Shown: positions 12,701-23,193 of the stretch, piece after piece
How positions within the stretch are numbered: the stretch's first letter is position 1
Layout: each line of letters starts with the position of its first letter
Source: Balanoglossus misakiensis
Taxonomy: Eukaryota; Animalia; Hemichordata
Direction: 5' to 3'
NCBI GenBank assembly: GCA_040954595.2
Contig: CM082580.2
Coordinates: 62,001-126,000, forward strand
Length of the DNA: 64,000 bases
Position numbers and translations under genes: made by a program
The notes under the pieces: model-generated
What the model was told of the DNA's origin: nothing
The model's input: only the letters and a program-made list of their open reading frames with translations
Databases searched by the model: none

Positions 12701-13602
12701 GACTTTGGCACACAATTGGAGCAGACCTATTCTACGTGAACCAAACATGGTACATGATAGTTGCTGACTACTACTCCAAGTTCCCCTTCATTAGGAAACT
12801 TGAAGACCTCAGAGCCAGTACCATTATGAGAGCCCTCCGAATTCTATTTGCAGAGCAAGGAATACCCGAGAAACTAGTTTGTGACAACGGATCTCAGTTT
12901 ACAGCTAGAGACTTCCACAGCCTAACTGAGAAGTATGGTTTTGCGATAGTCACATCATCACCATACTATCCCAAAGGGCACGGTTTTATCGAGCGACATG
13001 TACAGACCGTGAAGAACATCCTGATGAAGTGCAAAGAGTCCGGAGATGATCCGAATCTAGCATTGTTGGCACTTCGCGCGACTCCATTGAAGTCCAACAT
13101 ACCATCACCAGCTGAGTTGCTGAACAGCAGAGCATACAAGACAACTCTCCCAGCCAAAATTCACCCAGCAAGAAACGGGGAGGAAGTTCGTCAATACCTG
13201 ACATCTCAACAGCAGGCCCAGACTTCCAGCCACGACCAGCACTCCAGACAACTACCAGAATTGCTGACAGGTCAACAAGTCCATGTACAAAACCCAATCA
13301 GCAAAACATGGAGTCCAGCGAGAGTTGTAGCCCCAGCAAACACACCTAGGTCCTACACCGTGAAGTTAGACAACGGGAAACAAATGCGACGCAACAGGAT
13401 CCACCTGAAACCAGTCAGCGCAGAACTGAAACCAGCACAGACAGGGATGGATCAACACAATATTGCACCAGCAGTCACAGAGGGAACACCGCCTCAACAA
13501 CCCGCAACGCCAGCATCACCAGCCCAAGAATCGTTGAGATCAACACGAACCAGAACAAATATACAAAAGCCGTCTCGATACAAAGATTATGTGACTGATT
13601 GA
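9763..13602 (+). CDS. pol: Gag-Pol polyprotein (C-terminal Gag with CCHC knuckles, aspartic protease, RT, RNase H, integrase)
   Basis: Motifs: CRNCGKPNHWQAVC knuckle; IDTGA protease; LDARNGYW, RMPFGL and IADDI RT; VDASGKGIG and ESDHRPL RNase H; HSSH..C..C, ADLF, CDNGSQF and IERHVQTVK integrase. Confidence 0.95.
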   Translation: MRQDPGEPVDDFFSKLKNEAAKCKFGDTKEQEARLVDQLIWGICHQEIQKKLIGRDEKLTLKEALDIARGHEATTKHMKTLTNCHIANPVDSKAVNAVKRQPNKTHPKQCKHFGKKHDTSVKSNCPAYGSKCRNCGKPNHWQAVCRSKTSSSEPKSQQRRGGKPIHNVTRSSSNMHQIDDEVLDVGTIEINALDNINRQEEIYTKLTITQSEKKRKVALRCKIDTGAQGNILPLCLFKIIFPEKLDKHGNPKRGHLKENKTILTAYGGSKIKQLGTIVIPCEHRERKIRCLFYVTDAAGPAILGLKASRALNLIQINCSVEAIQVQASPECKTAQPGRNVEVEKRKMNEQKPAGKNRNPADDYIDSNTPIGDRPPIKNKEQLLRMYPDCFDDVVGCFENYTYHITLDPEVQPVVHPARRVPLELMDRLKTELQEMEDKQIIAKVNQPTNWVNSLVVREKDNGRLRICLDPKDLNKAIKRDHYPTPTLEEITPKLAGATLFSKLDARNGYWNVNIDEESSFLTTFNTPYGRYRFLRMPFGLRMSQDVFQFKIDETYRECEGAVGIADDIQVLGSGERHHDLHLHEAMERTRKAGIKLNKEKCYIKTKECSFFGMLYTEDGVKPNPEKVKAIEMMHPPRDKTELRTFLGMVNYMGSFIPRLAEHTAPLRELIRDDTEFEWSTTHTKSFNMIKDLISTKTTLAYYDRKKPVTLQVDASGKGIGAVLIQEQRPIAFASKALTPAETRYANIERGLLAVVYGCEKFRTYLYGRSFIVESDHRPLEQIQRKNLTKAPPRLQRMLLRIQPYDFTIHYKPGKQMILADALSRLSPQDQNEISDIKVQIHHLVKITPMRQMEIKEETTKDEILQLLIQQVLKGWPDSIKDIHADIRPYWSIRDDIAIEDGIILIGSRLLIPAVMRDEMLQRIHSSHLGIEKCKLRARSSVYWPGICKDIERLVTGCNACQKFQNSQQKEPMIPMEIPPRLWHTIGADLFYVNQTWYMIVADYYSKFPFIRKLEDLRASTIMRALRILFAEQGIPEKLVCDNGSQFTARDFHSLTEKYGFAIVTSSPYYPKGHGFIERHVQTVKNILMKCKESGDDPNLALLALRATPLKSNIPSPAELLNSRAYKTTLPAKIHPARNGEEVRQYLTSQQQAQTSSHDQHSRQLPELLTGQQVHVQNPISKTWSPARVVAPANTPRSYTVKLDNGKQMRRNRIHLKPVSAELKPAQTGMDQHNIAPAVTEGTPPQQPATPASPAQESLRSTRTRTNIQKPSRYKDYVTD

Positions 13603-13808
13603 TAGCTTTTTCTGATATTGAGATACGCCATTTGTTCCACAGAAAGTTGAGTTATACAGAGGAAAATTTATCACATTTTTCCCAGAGTATTTTTCATGTT
13701 CGTTGCGTTTGATTTTGACAAAGACTGATTCAAGATGAATGCAGAGTTTGCACAGGACAATTCACAGTGACATTCGTATTCAAAAAGAGTTTTGAAACAA
13801 TTTATCTT

Positions 13809-13821
13809 AAAGAAGAGGGGA
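13809..13821 (+). promoter_or_regulatory. Polypurine tract
   Basis: AAAGAAGAGGGGA directly precedes the 3' LTR. Confidence 0.9.
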
Positions 13822-14025
13822 TGTAGTATTCTGACAGCTACGATCAATATAGCGCCATCTAGTGTTGCATTGTTGGTGTTCCACTTGTTTATGAATTGCT
13901 GTACGACGTCACTTCCGCCCAGATAAGGCGAAGCACATTGTTGAGTCTTTTCAGCCGATCAATAAATAGGTTGTTGTTATACCTTATGATCGCATTATTA
14001 TTCCCATGTTGATGGAAACATAACA
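13822..14025 (+). repeat. 3' LTR
   Basis: Direct repeat of 9138-9341 with 3 substitutions. Confidence 0.97.
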
Positions 14026-14031
14026 GGGGGG

Positions 14032-14970
14032 ACACCAACATCGTAGTCAGTGAGGTCATCTATGGTGGTGGGCGCGTCTTCCACTCGGCACTCCTCCGCG
14101 CACGCTTGGGGGATAAAAAATGCATCAAAAACCCCTGGCGCGTCCTCGCTCCCCCTGCGTCGATGGATTCTGTGCGACTGCTTCCGCCCCCGTCCTCTCT
14201 GGTTGCTGTGTCCGGATTGATGATGTTTTCCGGTGAGGTCGGATTTCCCGGAATTCTTCCTGTCGTGATTGGGATACCCACCTCAGCAGTATGCTAAGGA
14301 CACGCCAGTGGATGAGAATCGCTGGTGTGGTGGGGGAGCTCAGTCGGAACCTGTTCGGCACCTCCCACCCCTGGAAGACGCACAGGCGCTTCATCATCAC
14401 CATGGACTCCGGTGAACAAAAGGATTCCGTAGGGATCCGTCCAGGTCCGCCCCTGCGGATATAGAAGTCTAGCAGGTCGGGTATTTCATTTCCTGGACCA
14501 CACAGCCAGTATAGGTGAGTTTCTCTAACGCCTCCACCGCGTCCCGCTCGCGGAATACTACCGGCTTCTCAGTAAAAATAACTGGAAGGTGGCACTGAAA
14601 GGCGTGTTTCTTCAGTTTGCGCGTGGCCCTTCCGACACCTCCATCGCCTGGTCCTTGTCACCACCGAGTACCTGTTTTTCCAGCTGCGGATCCCGGAAGA
14701 TGCTCAAAGTTTCCTCCAGGTCGTCAGCTGCGGTGGTGGTTCTTGTGGGCTCTTGCGGGGAGATATGGCCAACGAATCCCCCACGTACGCGGCCTGGATT
14801 GAACTCCCGAGGTAGTGTGCAGGTTTTTATGGCTGCGTCGGATGGTACGGGCAGGTTGGCTTCGGTCTTTTCCTTCCCGTATACATGCATGGCCTCCTCC
14901 CGTACCGTGGACATCCATCCTATGTCGCCTAGAACCGTGGCTACTTGACAGTTCTCACGGAGCATCAGGA
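14032..14970 (-). pseudogene. GC-rich frameshifted coding fragment resembling the N-terminal region of high-copy invertebrate TatD-domain proteins
   Basis: Reconstructed across a frameshift near 14510: TRKLKKHAFQCHLPVIF..EALEKLT/YWLCGPG..MKRLCVFQGWEVPNRFRLSSPTTPAILIHWRVLSILL..RQEEFR, then a decayed FDxHF-like stretch near 14115-14130. The family call is from memory of the motif pattern, not from a search. Confidence 0.45.
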
Positions 14971-14989
14971 ACAGTATTTTATGTCTCAC

Positions 14990-16205
14990 CTCCACTTCAG
15001 TTGTCGCTGTTGTATTTAATGTGGACGATGTTTTATATCTGTTGATAACCAATGGGCCTAGTTTAACTGTGGCACCTACATCCAGTGGCAGCGCTGTTTT
15101 CTCACCCCAAAGGTTGACTTCAGCATCTCTTGTGCCATCAGTTATGGTCAGTTTACGTCTCTTTGTAGAATTCGATGTATGTGTCACTGATTCATACTGT
15201 AGTGGAAATAAAATGGAAAACATTGAATGTTAATAATTACGAGTAGTAAATGTTGTGGAGAAATAGTGCAAGAGTGGTTGTTTTTTGTCAGTTGCTTTTT
15301 AAAATTTGAACTGCAAAATGATGAATCGATGGCAGTAATTTTGACCCGAGGTGAGTTGACAAGGCATGGTTGTATCATATAAATGGATTTTCAATGTACG
15401 TGATCGCATGGAGGCTGCCATATTGGATTACATCCGAAGACCTTCCCATTGGGCTTCGGTTGAATTCGGGAAAGGTCTCTAAAATGTAATGGGTCATTCA
15501 ATTTTGTAGAGTAAATTTCTAAAAATGTAGAAGATGGGAGGTTAAGATACCCAAAATGACTACGGCAAAAAAAAAGTCAGGCCCATAAGTTACGGGGTGC
15601 GATTATAACGTACCTTTGCTCTATCATAGAGGCAAATGGTATTATCTCTTCCAGTGGAAAAGTTCCAGAACGTTGCCATCCTGCTGCATACAAGGCACGC
15701 TAAACAGTTTCCCGTTGGCGGAATTCCGGATCTCGACATCCTCCATGAGGCGCAATTTCAGTGCCACGCCTTGGCTGGTTGGGGATGAGGGACCGGGAGC
15801 CGGGGATGCCATAACGCCGTTAAACCTGAAAAATAGATTGAGAGTGGATATTGTTTTACACAATTTTTGAACATTGAAGTAAAGTATTAGAATGATGGAG
15901 TCCGATAAAAAAGTGAGTTGGTGATTGCGGCATCCGACTTCGTTATTAAAAATGGAAAGATTTGCGATTTGAGATTCGGTTACCATTTGCAAGTTTGAAA
16001 GGAAATATTTCATTGAAGCACAGTGGCAACTACTGGGTTATGGAGAATTTTTGAAATGTTGATGAACGGAGACTTATTAGAATCAATGAAAACCTACCTT
16101 TAACGGTGTTACGGTTACTAAACGTGAGAGACCGCTTGTCTCGTTCATCCGATTCTGAGCTCCTAGCTCTTGTGGAGACATGCGGAGGTACAGCGGGTTA
16201 ACGGT
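14990..16205 (-). pseudogene. OB-fold (RPA/SSB-like) gene, copy A: exon 1 (~16205-16098), exon 2 (15825-15614, internal 71-bp deletion), exon 4 (15196-14990); exon 3 missing
   Basis: Canonical sites AAG|GTAGG, TTCAG|GTT, AAG|GTACG, TACAG|TAT and GAG|GTGAG. Exon 4 (69 codons, phase 0) reads RKLTITDGTRDAEVNLWGEKTALPLDVGATVKLGPLVINRYKTSSTLNTTATTEVE, an OB-fold-type pattern. Confidence 0.7.
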
Positions 16206-16231
16206 TAGAAAGTGTTGATGAAAGAAATAAG

Positions 16232-16317
16232 TTTATAGGCCAATCAGGAGTTAGATTCGAATGTCCGAAAATGAGAAACCGTAGGCGAACGCAACAGACA
16301 GCAATTTAAATTTGCAT
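16232..16317 (-). promoter_or_regulatory. Putative Pol II promoter of OB gene copy A
   Basis: TATAAA on the minus strand (16237-16232), CCAAT at 16240-16244 and octamer ATTTGCAT at 16310-16317, just upstream of exon 1. Confidence 0.45.
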
Positions 16318-16589
16318 AACTAGAGGTTTGGGTGGAAAGATTTCAGAATTTAACGCACATATACAGATATTTTGTAGTGGAAATTTGAGTATATTATAAA
16401 TAGTACATGTAATAAGACTCTGAATTGATTTTATTTACTGACAATTAAATGAAGTTACCCTTTGAGTATGGGTGTTTATCGAGGGGGGGGGGGTCCAAAA
16501 AAATGTTAGAAACTGTTGAAGATGAAACCGGAAAGATGTAGCAAATTCGTTAGTTTTCCCTTTTTTGGAAATTATGCTCGAAGCGTGTG

Positions 16590-16682
16590 ATTGGTCAATT
16601 AGTCAGAAGGGGATTGGTTGGAAATAGTCGAATATGATTGGGCAATAAGTTCGAAGCTGAAATCCCTCAGGCTGTATAAATA
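16590..16682 (+). promoter_or_regulatory. Putative promoter: three inverted CCAAT boxes and a TATA box (repeated in each unit)
   Basis: ATTGG at 16590, 16613 and 16637 (23-24-bp spacing), followed by TATAAATA at 16675-16682. Confidence 0.55.
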
Positions 16683-16710
16683 CGGTGTTTGTGGCGTGTA
16701 CTAATGGAGT

Positions 16711-17118
16711 ATGGCTGGGGTGTGTTGTGTCGAGCAGTCTAGTATATCATTTGTGGGGCATTGAATATTTAGAACAAAGTTCTCTATGTCGGACTTCCTA
16801 ACATATACTCGATCGTTGATAACAAAACGAGCAGATATTTTTGTGCAAATAGTGTGCGCAAAACAACAACTAAACATGAAGACAACAAGATAGTACTGCG
16901 TGCGGTGCGACTCGGTTGTAAGCGTCAAGTCAAAAACTGCAAAGACATGCAACAGGTGTAAATATAGTCGACTGAAATGCTGAAAAACCATGAATATCGA
17001 TTGGCTCAAAGTGATGGGAATCGGCTCAACTTACCGGAGGGAATTGGTACATTATATAACGAGTAAACTAGAACGAAAGAAATCCCAGCGTGAACACTGG
17101 AAATTGTTCATAAATTAA
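16711..17118 (+). pseudogene. Possible decayed small C4 zinc-ribbon ORF (also in units 2 and 3)
   Basis: The frame from ATG 16711 contains CVRC-x13-CNRC but has stops at 16762, 16891 and 16981. It begins ~30 bp after the TATA box. Confidence 0.3.
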
Positions 17119-17680
17119 TATTTATACATGTATGTGTATATTGCGTAACCTTCGAAAATTCGAATATCATTAGCACTTGGCCTAAAAAGTTGTGCATTGC
17201 GAGTGGGACACTGGGCAATTATTTTTATGGGCCGCCATCGCTATGCAGTTTAGATGTAGTATTTTACTCAACGTTTACCGGCAAGTGAGTGATTTGCTTT
17301 CAGAAGGTAATGAGACGGAAATAAACTTATGCAATCAGAGTTAATTATTCGTGAGAATACAAACTTTTGTACTAGATTTATTGTAATTTTTCAGTGTATA
17401 CTCCTGGCCTTCGCAGGACTTTCATTTTTTACCCGGTTTGTGTGTTTTCGGGTTACCCATGGGCACTCTCTACCTGTTTTAAAACTCTGAACAAGTCGAT
17501 GTCACGTGTATCATTTTATGTACGACGTACATCATTATAATAATGCTATAGTGAAGTTTTTAAAAAGGAAATATTTTTTTAGTGTTATTCTCTTCGTTTT
17601 TTTTATGACTGAAATATGCTTGTGCTTGATGGAAAAACCGGATTCAACCTTAGCTTAATATATGCATTATCGTTCGCAAC

Positions 17681-18101
17681 TGACGTCATATAATGTAGCA
17701 ATTTCCCTCCGGTTAAATTGAACCAATCGGCATTCCAGTTTTTCCACCATTTCACTCGAATATCTAACTCCAGGATCCTGATTGGCCTATGTAATTAATC
17801 ATTCCTTTCATCAACACTTCCTAACCGTTAACCCGCTGTACCTCCGCATGTCTCCACAAGAGCTAGGAGCTCAGAATCGGTCGGACGCAGACCAGCGGTC
17901 TGTCAGGTGTAGTAACCCTAACACCGTTAAAGGTAGGTTTTCATTTATTCTATTATAAGTCTCCGTTCATCAACATTTCAAAGATTCTCAATAATGCAGT
18001 AGTTGCCACTGTACTTCAATGAAATATTTCCTTTCAAACTTGCAAATGGTAACCGAATCTCAAATCGCAAATCTTTCCATTTTTAATAACGAAGTCGGAT
18101 G
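17681..18101 (+). pseudogene. OB gene copy B: promoter, exon 1 and start of intron 1 (in unit 3 it runs to the first 10 nt of exon 2, ending 22348)
   Basis: TGACGTCA at 17681, CCAAT boxes near 17723 and 17781, exon-1 donor AAAG|GTAGG, and acceptor TTTCAG|GTTTAACGGC at 22333-22348. It is a diverged inverted paralogue of copy A. Confidence 0.7.
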
Positions 18102-21100
18102 GTTATGGAGAATTTTTGAAATGTTGATGAACGGAGACTTATTAGAATCAATGAAAACCTACCTTTAACGGTGTTACGGTTACTAAACGTGAGAGACCGC
18201 TTGTCTCGTTCATCCGATTCTGAGCTCCTAGCTCTTGTGGAGACATGCGGAGGTACAGCGGGTTAACGGTTAGAAAGTGTTGATGAAAGAAATAAGTTTA
18301 TAGGCCAATCAGGAGTTAGATTCGAATGTCCGAAAATGAGAAACCGTAGGCGAACGCAACAGACAGCAATTTAAATTTGCATAACTAGAGGTTTGGGTGG
18401 AAAGATTTCAGAATTTAACGCACATATACAGATATTTTGTAGTGGAAATTTGAGTATATTATAAATAGTACATGTAATAAGACTGTGAATTGATTTTATT
18501 TACTGACAATTAAATGAAGTTACCCTTTGAGTATGGGTGTTTATCGAGAGGGGGGGGGGTCCAAAAAAATGTTAGAAACTGTTGAAGATGAAACCGGAAA
18601 GATGTAGCAAATTCGTTAGTTTTCCCTTTTTTGGAAATTATGCTCGAAGCGTGTGATTGGTCAATTAGTCAGAAGGGGATTGGTTGGAAATAGTCGAATA
18701 TGATTGGGCAATAAGTTCGAAGCTGAAATCCCTCAGGCTGTATAAATACGGTGTTTGTGGCGTGTACTAATGGAGTATGGCTGGGGTGTGTTGTGTCGAG
18801 CAGTCTAGTATATCATTTGTGGGGCATTGAATATTTAGAACAAAGTTCTCTATGTCGGACTTCCTAACATATACTCGATCGTTGATAACAAAACGAGCAG
18901 ATATTTTTGTGCAAATAGTGTGCGCAAAACAACAACTAAACATGAAGACAACAAGATAGTACTGCGTGCGGTGCGACTCGGTTGTAAGCGTCAAGTCAAA
19001 AACTGCAAAGACATGCAACAGGTGTAAATATAGTCGACTGAAATGCTGAAAAACCATGAATATCGATTGGCTCAAAGTGATGGGAATCGGCTCAACTTAC
19101 CGGAGGGAATTGGTACATTATATAACGAGTAAACTAGAACGAAAGAAATCCCAGCGTGAACACTGGAAATTGTTCATAAATTAATATTTATACATGTATG
19201 TGTATATTGCGTAACCCTCGAAAATTCGAATATCATTAGCACTTGGCCTAAAAAGTTGTGCATTGCGAGTGGGACACTGGGCAATTATTTTTATGGGCCG
19301 CCAACGCTATGCAGTTTAGATGTAGTATTTTACTCAACTTTTACCGGCAAGTGAGTGATTTGTTTTCAGAAGGTAATGAGACGGAAATAAACTTATGCAA
19401 TCAGAGTTAATTATTCGTGAGGATACAAACTTTTGTACTAGATTTATTGTAATTTTTCAGTGTATACTCCTGGCCTTCGCAGGACTTTCATTTTTTACCC
19501 GGTTTGTGTGTTTTCGGGTTACCCATGGGCACTCTCTACCTGTTTTAAAACTCTGAACAAGTCGATGTCACGTGTATCATTTTATGTACGACGTACATCA
19601 TTATAATAATGCTATAGTGAAGTTTTTAAAAAGGAAATATTTTTTTAGTGTTATTCTCTTCGTTTTTTTTATGACTGAAATATGCTTGTGCTTGATGGAA
19701 AAACCGGATTCAACCTTAGCTTAATATATGCATTATCGTTCGCAACTGACGTCATATAATGTAGCAATTTCCCTCCGGTTAAATTGAACCAATCGGCATT
19801 CCAGTTTTTCCACCATTTCACTCGAATATCTAACTCCAGGATCCTGATTGGCCTATGTAATTAATCATTCCTTTCATCAACACTTCCTAACCGTTAACCC
19901 GCTGTACCTCCGCATGTCTCCACAAGAGCTAGGAGCTCAGAATCGGTCGGACGCAGACCAGCGGTCTGTCAGGTGTAGTAACCCTAACACCGTTAAAGGT
20001 AGGTTTTCATTTATTCTATTATAAGTCTCCGTTCATCAACATTTCAAAGATTCTCAATAATGCAGTAGTTGCCACTGTACTTCAATGAAATATTTCCTTT
20101 CAAACTTGCAAATGGTAACCGAATCTCAAATCGCAAATCTTTCCATTTTTAATAACGAAGTCGGATGGTTATGGAGAATTTTTGAAATGTTGATGAACGG
20201 AGACTTATTAGAATCAATGAAAACCTACCTTTAACGGTGTTACGGTTACTAAACGTGAGAGACCGCTTGTCTCGTTCATCCGATTCTGAGCTCCTAGCTC
20301 TTGTGGAGACATGCGGAGGTACAGCGGGTTAACGGTTAGAAAGTGTTGATGAAAGAAATAAGTTTATAGGCCAATCAGGAGTTAGATTCGAATGTCCGAA
20401 AATGAGAAACCGTAGGCGAACGCAACAGACAGCAATTTAAATTTGCATAACTAGAGGTTTGGGTGGAAAGATTTCAGAATTTAACGCACATATACAGATA
20501 TTTTGTAGTGGAAATTTGAGTATATTATAAATAGTACATGTAATAAGACTGTGAATTGATTTTATTTACTGACAATTAAATGAAGTTACCCTTTGAGTAT
20601 GGGTGTTTATCGAGGGGGGGGGGGGGTCCAAAAAAATGTTAGAAACTGTTGAAGATGAAACCGGAAAGATGTAGCAAATTCGTTAGTTTTCCCTTTTTTG
20701 GAAATTATGCTCGAAGCGTGTGATTGGTCAATTAGTCAGAAGGGGATTGGTTGGAAATAGTCGAATATGATTGGGCAATAAGTTCGAAGCTGAAATCCCT
20801 CAGGCTGTATAAATACGGTGTTTGTGGCGTGTACTAATGGAGTATGGCTGGGGTGTGTTGTGTCGAGCAGTCTAGTATATCATTTGTGGGGCATTGAATA
20901 TTTAGAACAAAGTTCTCTATGTCGGACTTCCTAACATATACTCGATCGTTGATAACAAAACGAGCAGATATTTTTGTGCAAATAGTGTGCGCAAAACAAC
21001 AACTAAACATGAAGACAACAAGATAGTACTGCGTGCGGTGCGACTCGGTTGTAAGCGTCAAGTCAAAAACTGCAAAGACATGCAACAGGTGTAAATATAG

Positions 21101-22348
21101 TCGACTGAAATGCTGAAAAACCATGAATATCGATTGGCTCAAAGTGATGGGAATCGGCTCAACTTACCGGAGGGAATTGGTACATTATATAACGAGTAAA
21201 CTAGAACGAAAGAAATCCCAGCGTGAACACTGGAAATTGTTCATAAATTAATATTTATACATGTATGTGTATATTGCGTAACCTTCGAAAATTCGAATAT
21301 CATTAGCACTTGGCCTAAAAAGTTGTGCATTGCGAGTGGGACACTGGGCAATTATTTTTATGGGCCGCCATCGCTATGCAGTTTAGATGTAGTATTTTAC
21401 TCAACTTTTACCGGCAAGTGAGTGATTTGCTTTCAGAAGGTAATGAGACGGAAATAAACTTATGCAATCAGAGTTAATTATTCGTGAGGATACAAACTTT
21501 TGTACTAGATTTATTGTAATTTTTCAGTGTATACTCCTGGCCTTCGCAGGACTTTCATTTTTTACCCGGTTTGTGTGTTTTCGGGTTACCCATGGGCACT
21601 CTCTACCTGTTTTAAAACTCTGAACAAGTCGATGTCACGTGTATCATTTTATGTACGACGTACATCATTATAATAATGCTATAGTGAAGTTTTTAAAAAG
21701 GAAATATTTTTTTAGTGTTATTCTCTTCGTTTTTTTTATGACTGAAATATGCTTGTGCTTGATGGAAAAACCGGATTCAACCTTAGCTTAATATATGCAT
21801 TATCGTTCGCAACTGACGTCATATAATGTAGCAATTTCCCTCCGGTTAAATTGAACCAATCGGCATTCCCGTTTTTCCACCATTTCACTCGAATATCTAA
21901 CTCCAGGATCCTGATTGGCCTATGTAATTAATCATTCCTTTCATCAACACTTCCTAACCGTTAACCCGCTGTACCTCCGCATGTCTCCACAAGAGCTAGG
22001 AGCTCAGAATCGGTCGGACGCAGACCAGCGGTCTGTCAGGTGTAGTAACCCTAACACCGTTAAAGGTAGGTTTTCATTTATTCTATTATAAGTCTCCGTT
22101 CATCAACATTTCAAAGATTCTCAATAATGCAGTAGTTGCCACTGTACTTCAATGAAATATTTCCTTTCAAACTTGCAAATACTACTTGAACCGAATCGCA
22201 AACCTTTCCATTTTTAATAACGAAGTCGGATGCCGAAATTACCAACTCACTTTTTTTATCGGATTCCATCATTCTAATACTTTACTTCAATGTTCAAAAA
22301 TTGTGTAAAACAATATCCACTTTCAATCTATATTTCAGGTTTAACGGC

Positions 22349-23193
22349 TATTTGTGCAACATTTGACAGTACTCACATCATGGACTTTTCCTACAACGCA
22401 CACCCTCTTCTTCTGTGGAGATATCTCGACTTCTGATATCATTATTTGTGGCGGATGATACAATTCTGTTACAAATTTTTCAGGTATATCCATCGCTTTT
22501 CGCCCGCAAGGTATGATCTGGAAAAAGTTTGGCGTAGTCTGTAAGTTGTGTGACTGAATCCGTAAAGGTGGCATTTGGAAGAAAAATTTTGAGCATTTTT
22601 ATCAGTAATCTAGTTTGTTTAAAATATTGGAACGCGATCAAAAATAAATGCGACTTGTAAACGAGTGCCGCGTTTGAATCGGTATTGACGATAAACATCG
22701 GTAATCGGCGATGAAATCAATGGATTTTCAATGTACGTGATCGCATGGAGGCTGCCATATTGGATTACATCCGAAGACCTTCCGATTAGGCTTCGGTTGA
22801 ATTCGGGAAAGGTCTCTAAAATGTAATGGGTCATTCAATTTTGTAGAGTAAATTTCTAAAAATGCAGAAGATGGGAGGTTAAGATACCCGAAATGACTAC
22901 GGCAAAAAAAGGCCCATAAGTTTCGGGGTGCGATTATAACATACCTTTGCTCTATCATAGAGGCAAATGGTATTATATCTTCCAGTGGAAAAGTTGCGGA
23001 GCTGTATGTATTCTCTCTTCTGTTATCTGTTCAGCTATTTCGGATTTTCTTTCCAGAATTTAAGTTCCAGAACGTTGCCATCCTGGTGCATACAAGGCAC
23101 GCTAAACAGTTTGCCGTTGGCTGAATTCCGGATCTAGACTGTATCCTCAATGAGGCACAATTTCACTGCCACTCCTTGGCTGCATGGTTGCAG
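22349..23193 (-). pseudogene. OB gene copy C: most of exon 2 (~23182-22945), intron 2, exon 3 (22517-22377)
   Basis: 22720-22995 is a close direct repeat of 15382-15665. Exon 2 reads GNVLELKFWKEN..EIAEQITE..YIQLRNFSTGRYNTICLYDRAK with a stop and frameshifts. Exon 3 (47 codons, CAG|..|GTGAGT) reads IIPCGRKAMDIPEKFVTELYHPPQIMISEVEISPQKKRVCVVGKVHD. Confidence 0.7.

Larger units (their letters stand above)
9138..14025 (+). mobile_element. Full-length Ty3/Gypsy LTR retrotransposon (Mag-like), 4888 bp
   Basis: Two 204-bp TG..CA LTRs differing at 3 sites, a PBS, a PPT and gag-PR-RT-RH-IN order. Flanked by GGGGG on both sides (inserted into a G-run). Confidence 0.97.
16036..22231. repeat. Three tandem copies of a ~2065-bp unit (starts 16036, 18101, 20167), each with internal inverted arms
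   Basis: Units are near-identical, with a handful of substitutions and homopolymer differences. The same 102-aa ORF is called at 16701, 18767 and 20834. 17756-18101 is the reverse complement of ~15931-16261. Confidence 0.97.

Noticed and set aside
9551-13297. Antisense ORFs within the Gypsy element
   Set aside because: These are shadow frames of the gag-pol ORF; no env-like or accessory gene is evident.
14612-15223. 203-aa ORF as a real gene
   Set aside because: It begins in an intron and reads through a splice donor into unrelated GC-rich sequence, so it is a chimera.
16701-17009. 102-aa minus-strand ORF repeated three times
   Set aside because: It starts at TTG and has no recognisable motif. 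Its identity across copies only reflects the recent triplication, and the promoter motifs point to the opposite strand.
23180-23193. CTGCA-tggt-TGCAG hairpin as a replication-origin hairpin at the C/D inversion
   Set aside because: It is only 5 bp, and the stretch still aligns to copy A with a 4-bp insertion. The junction is better explained by ATGA microhomology.
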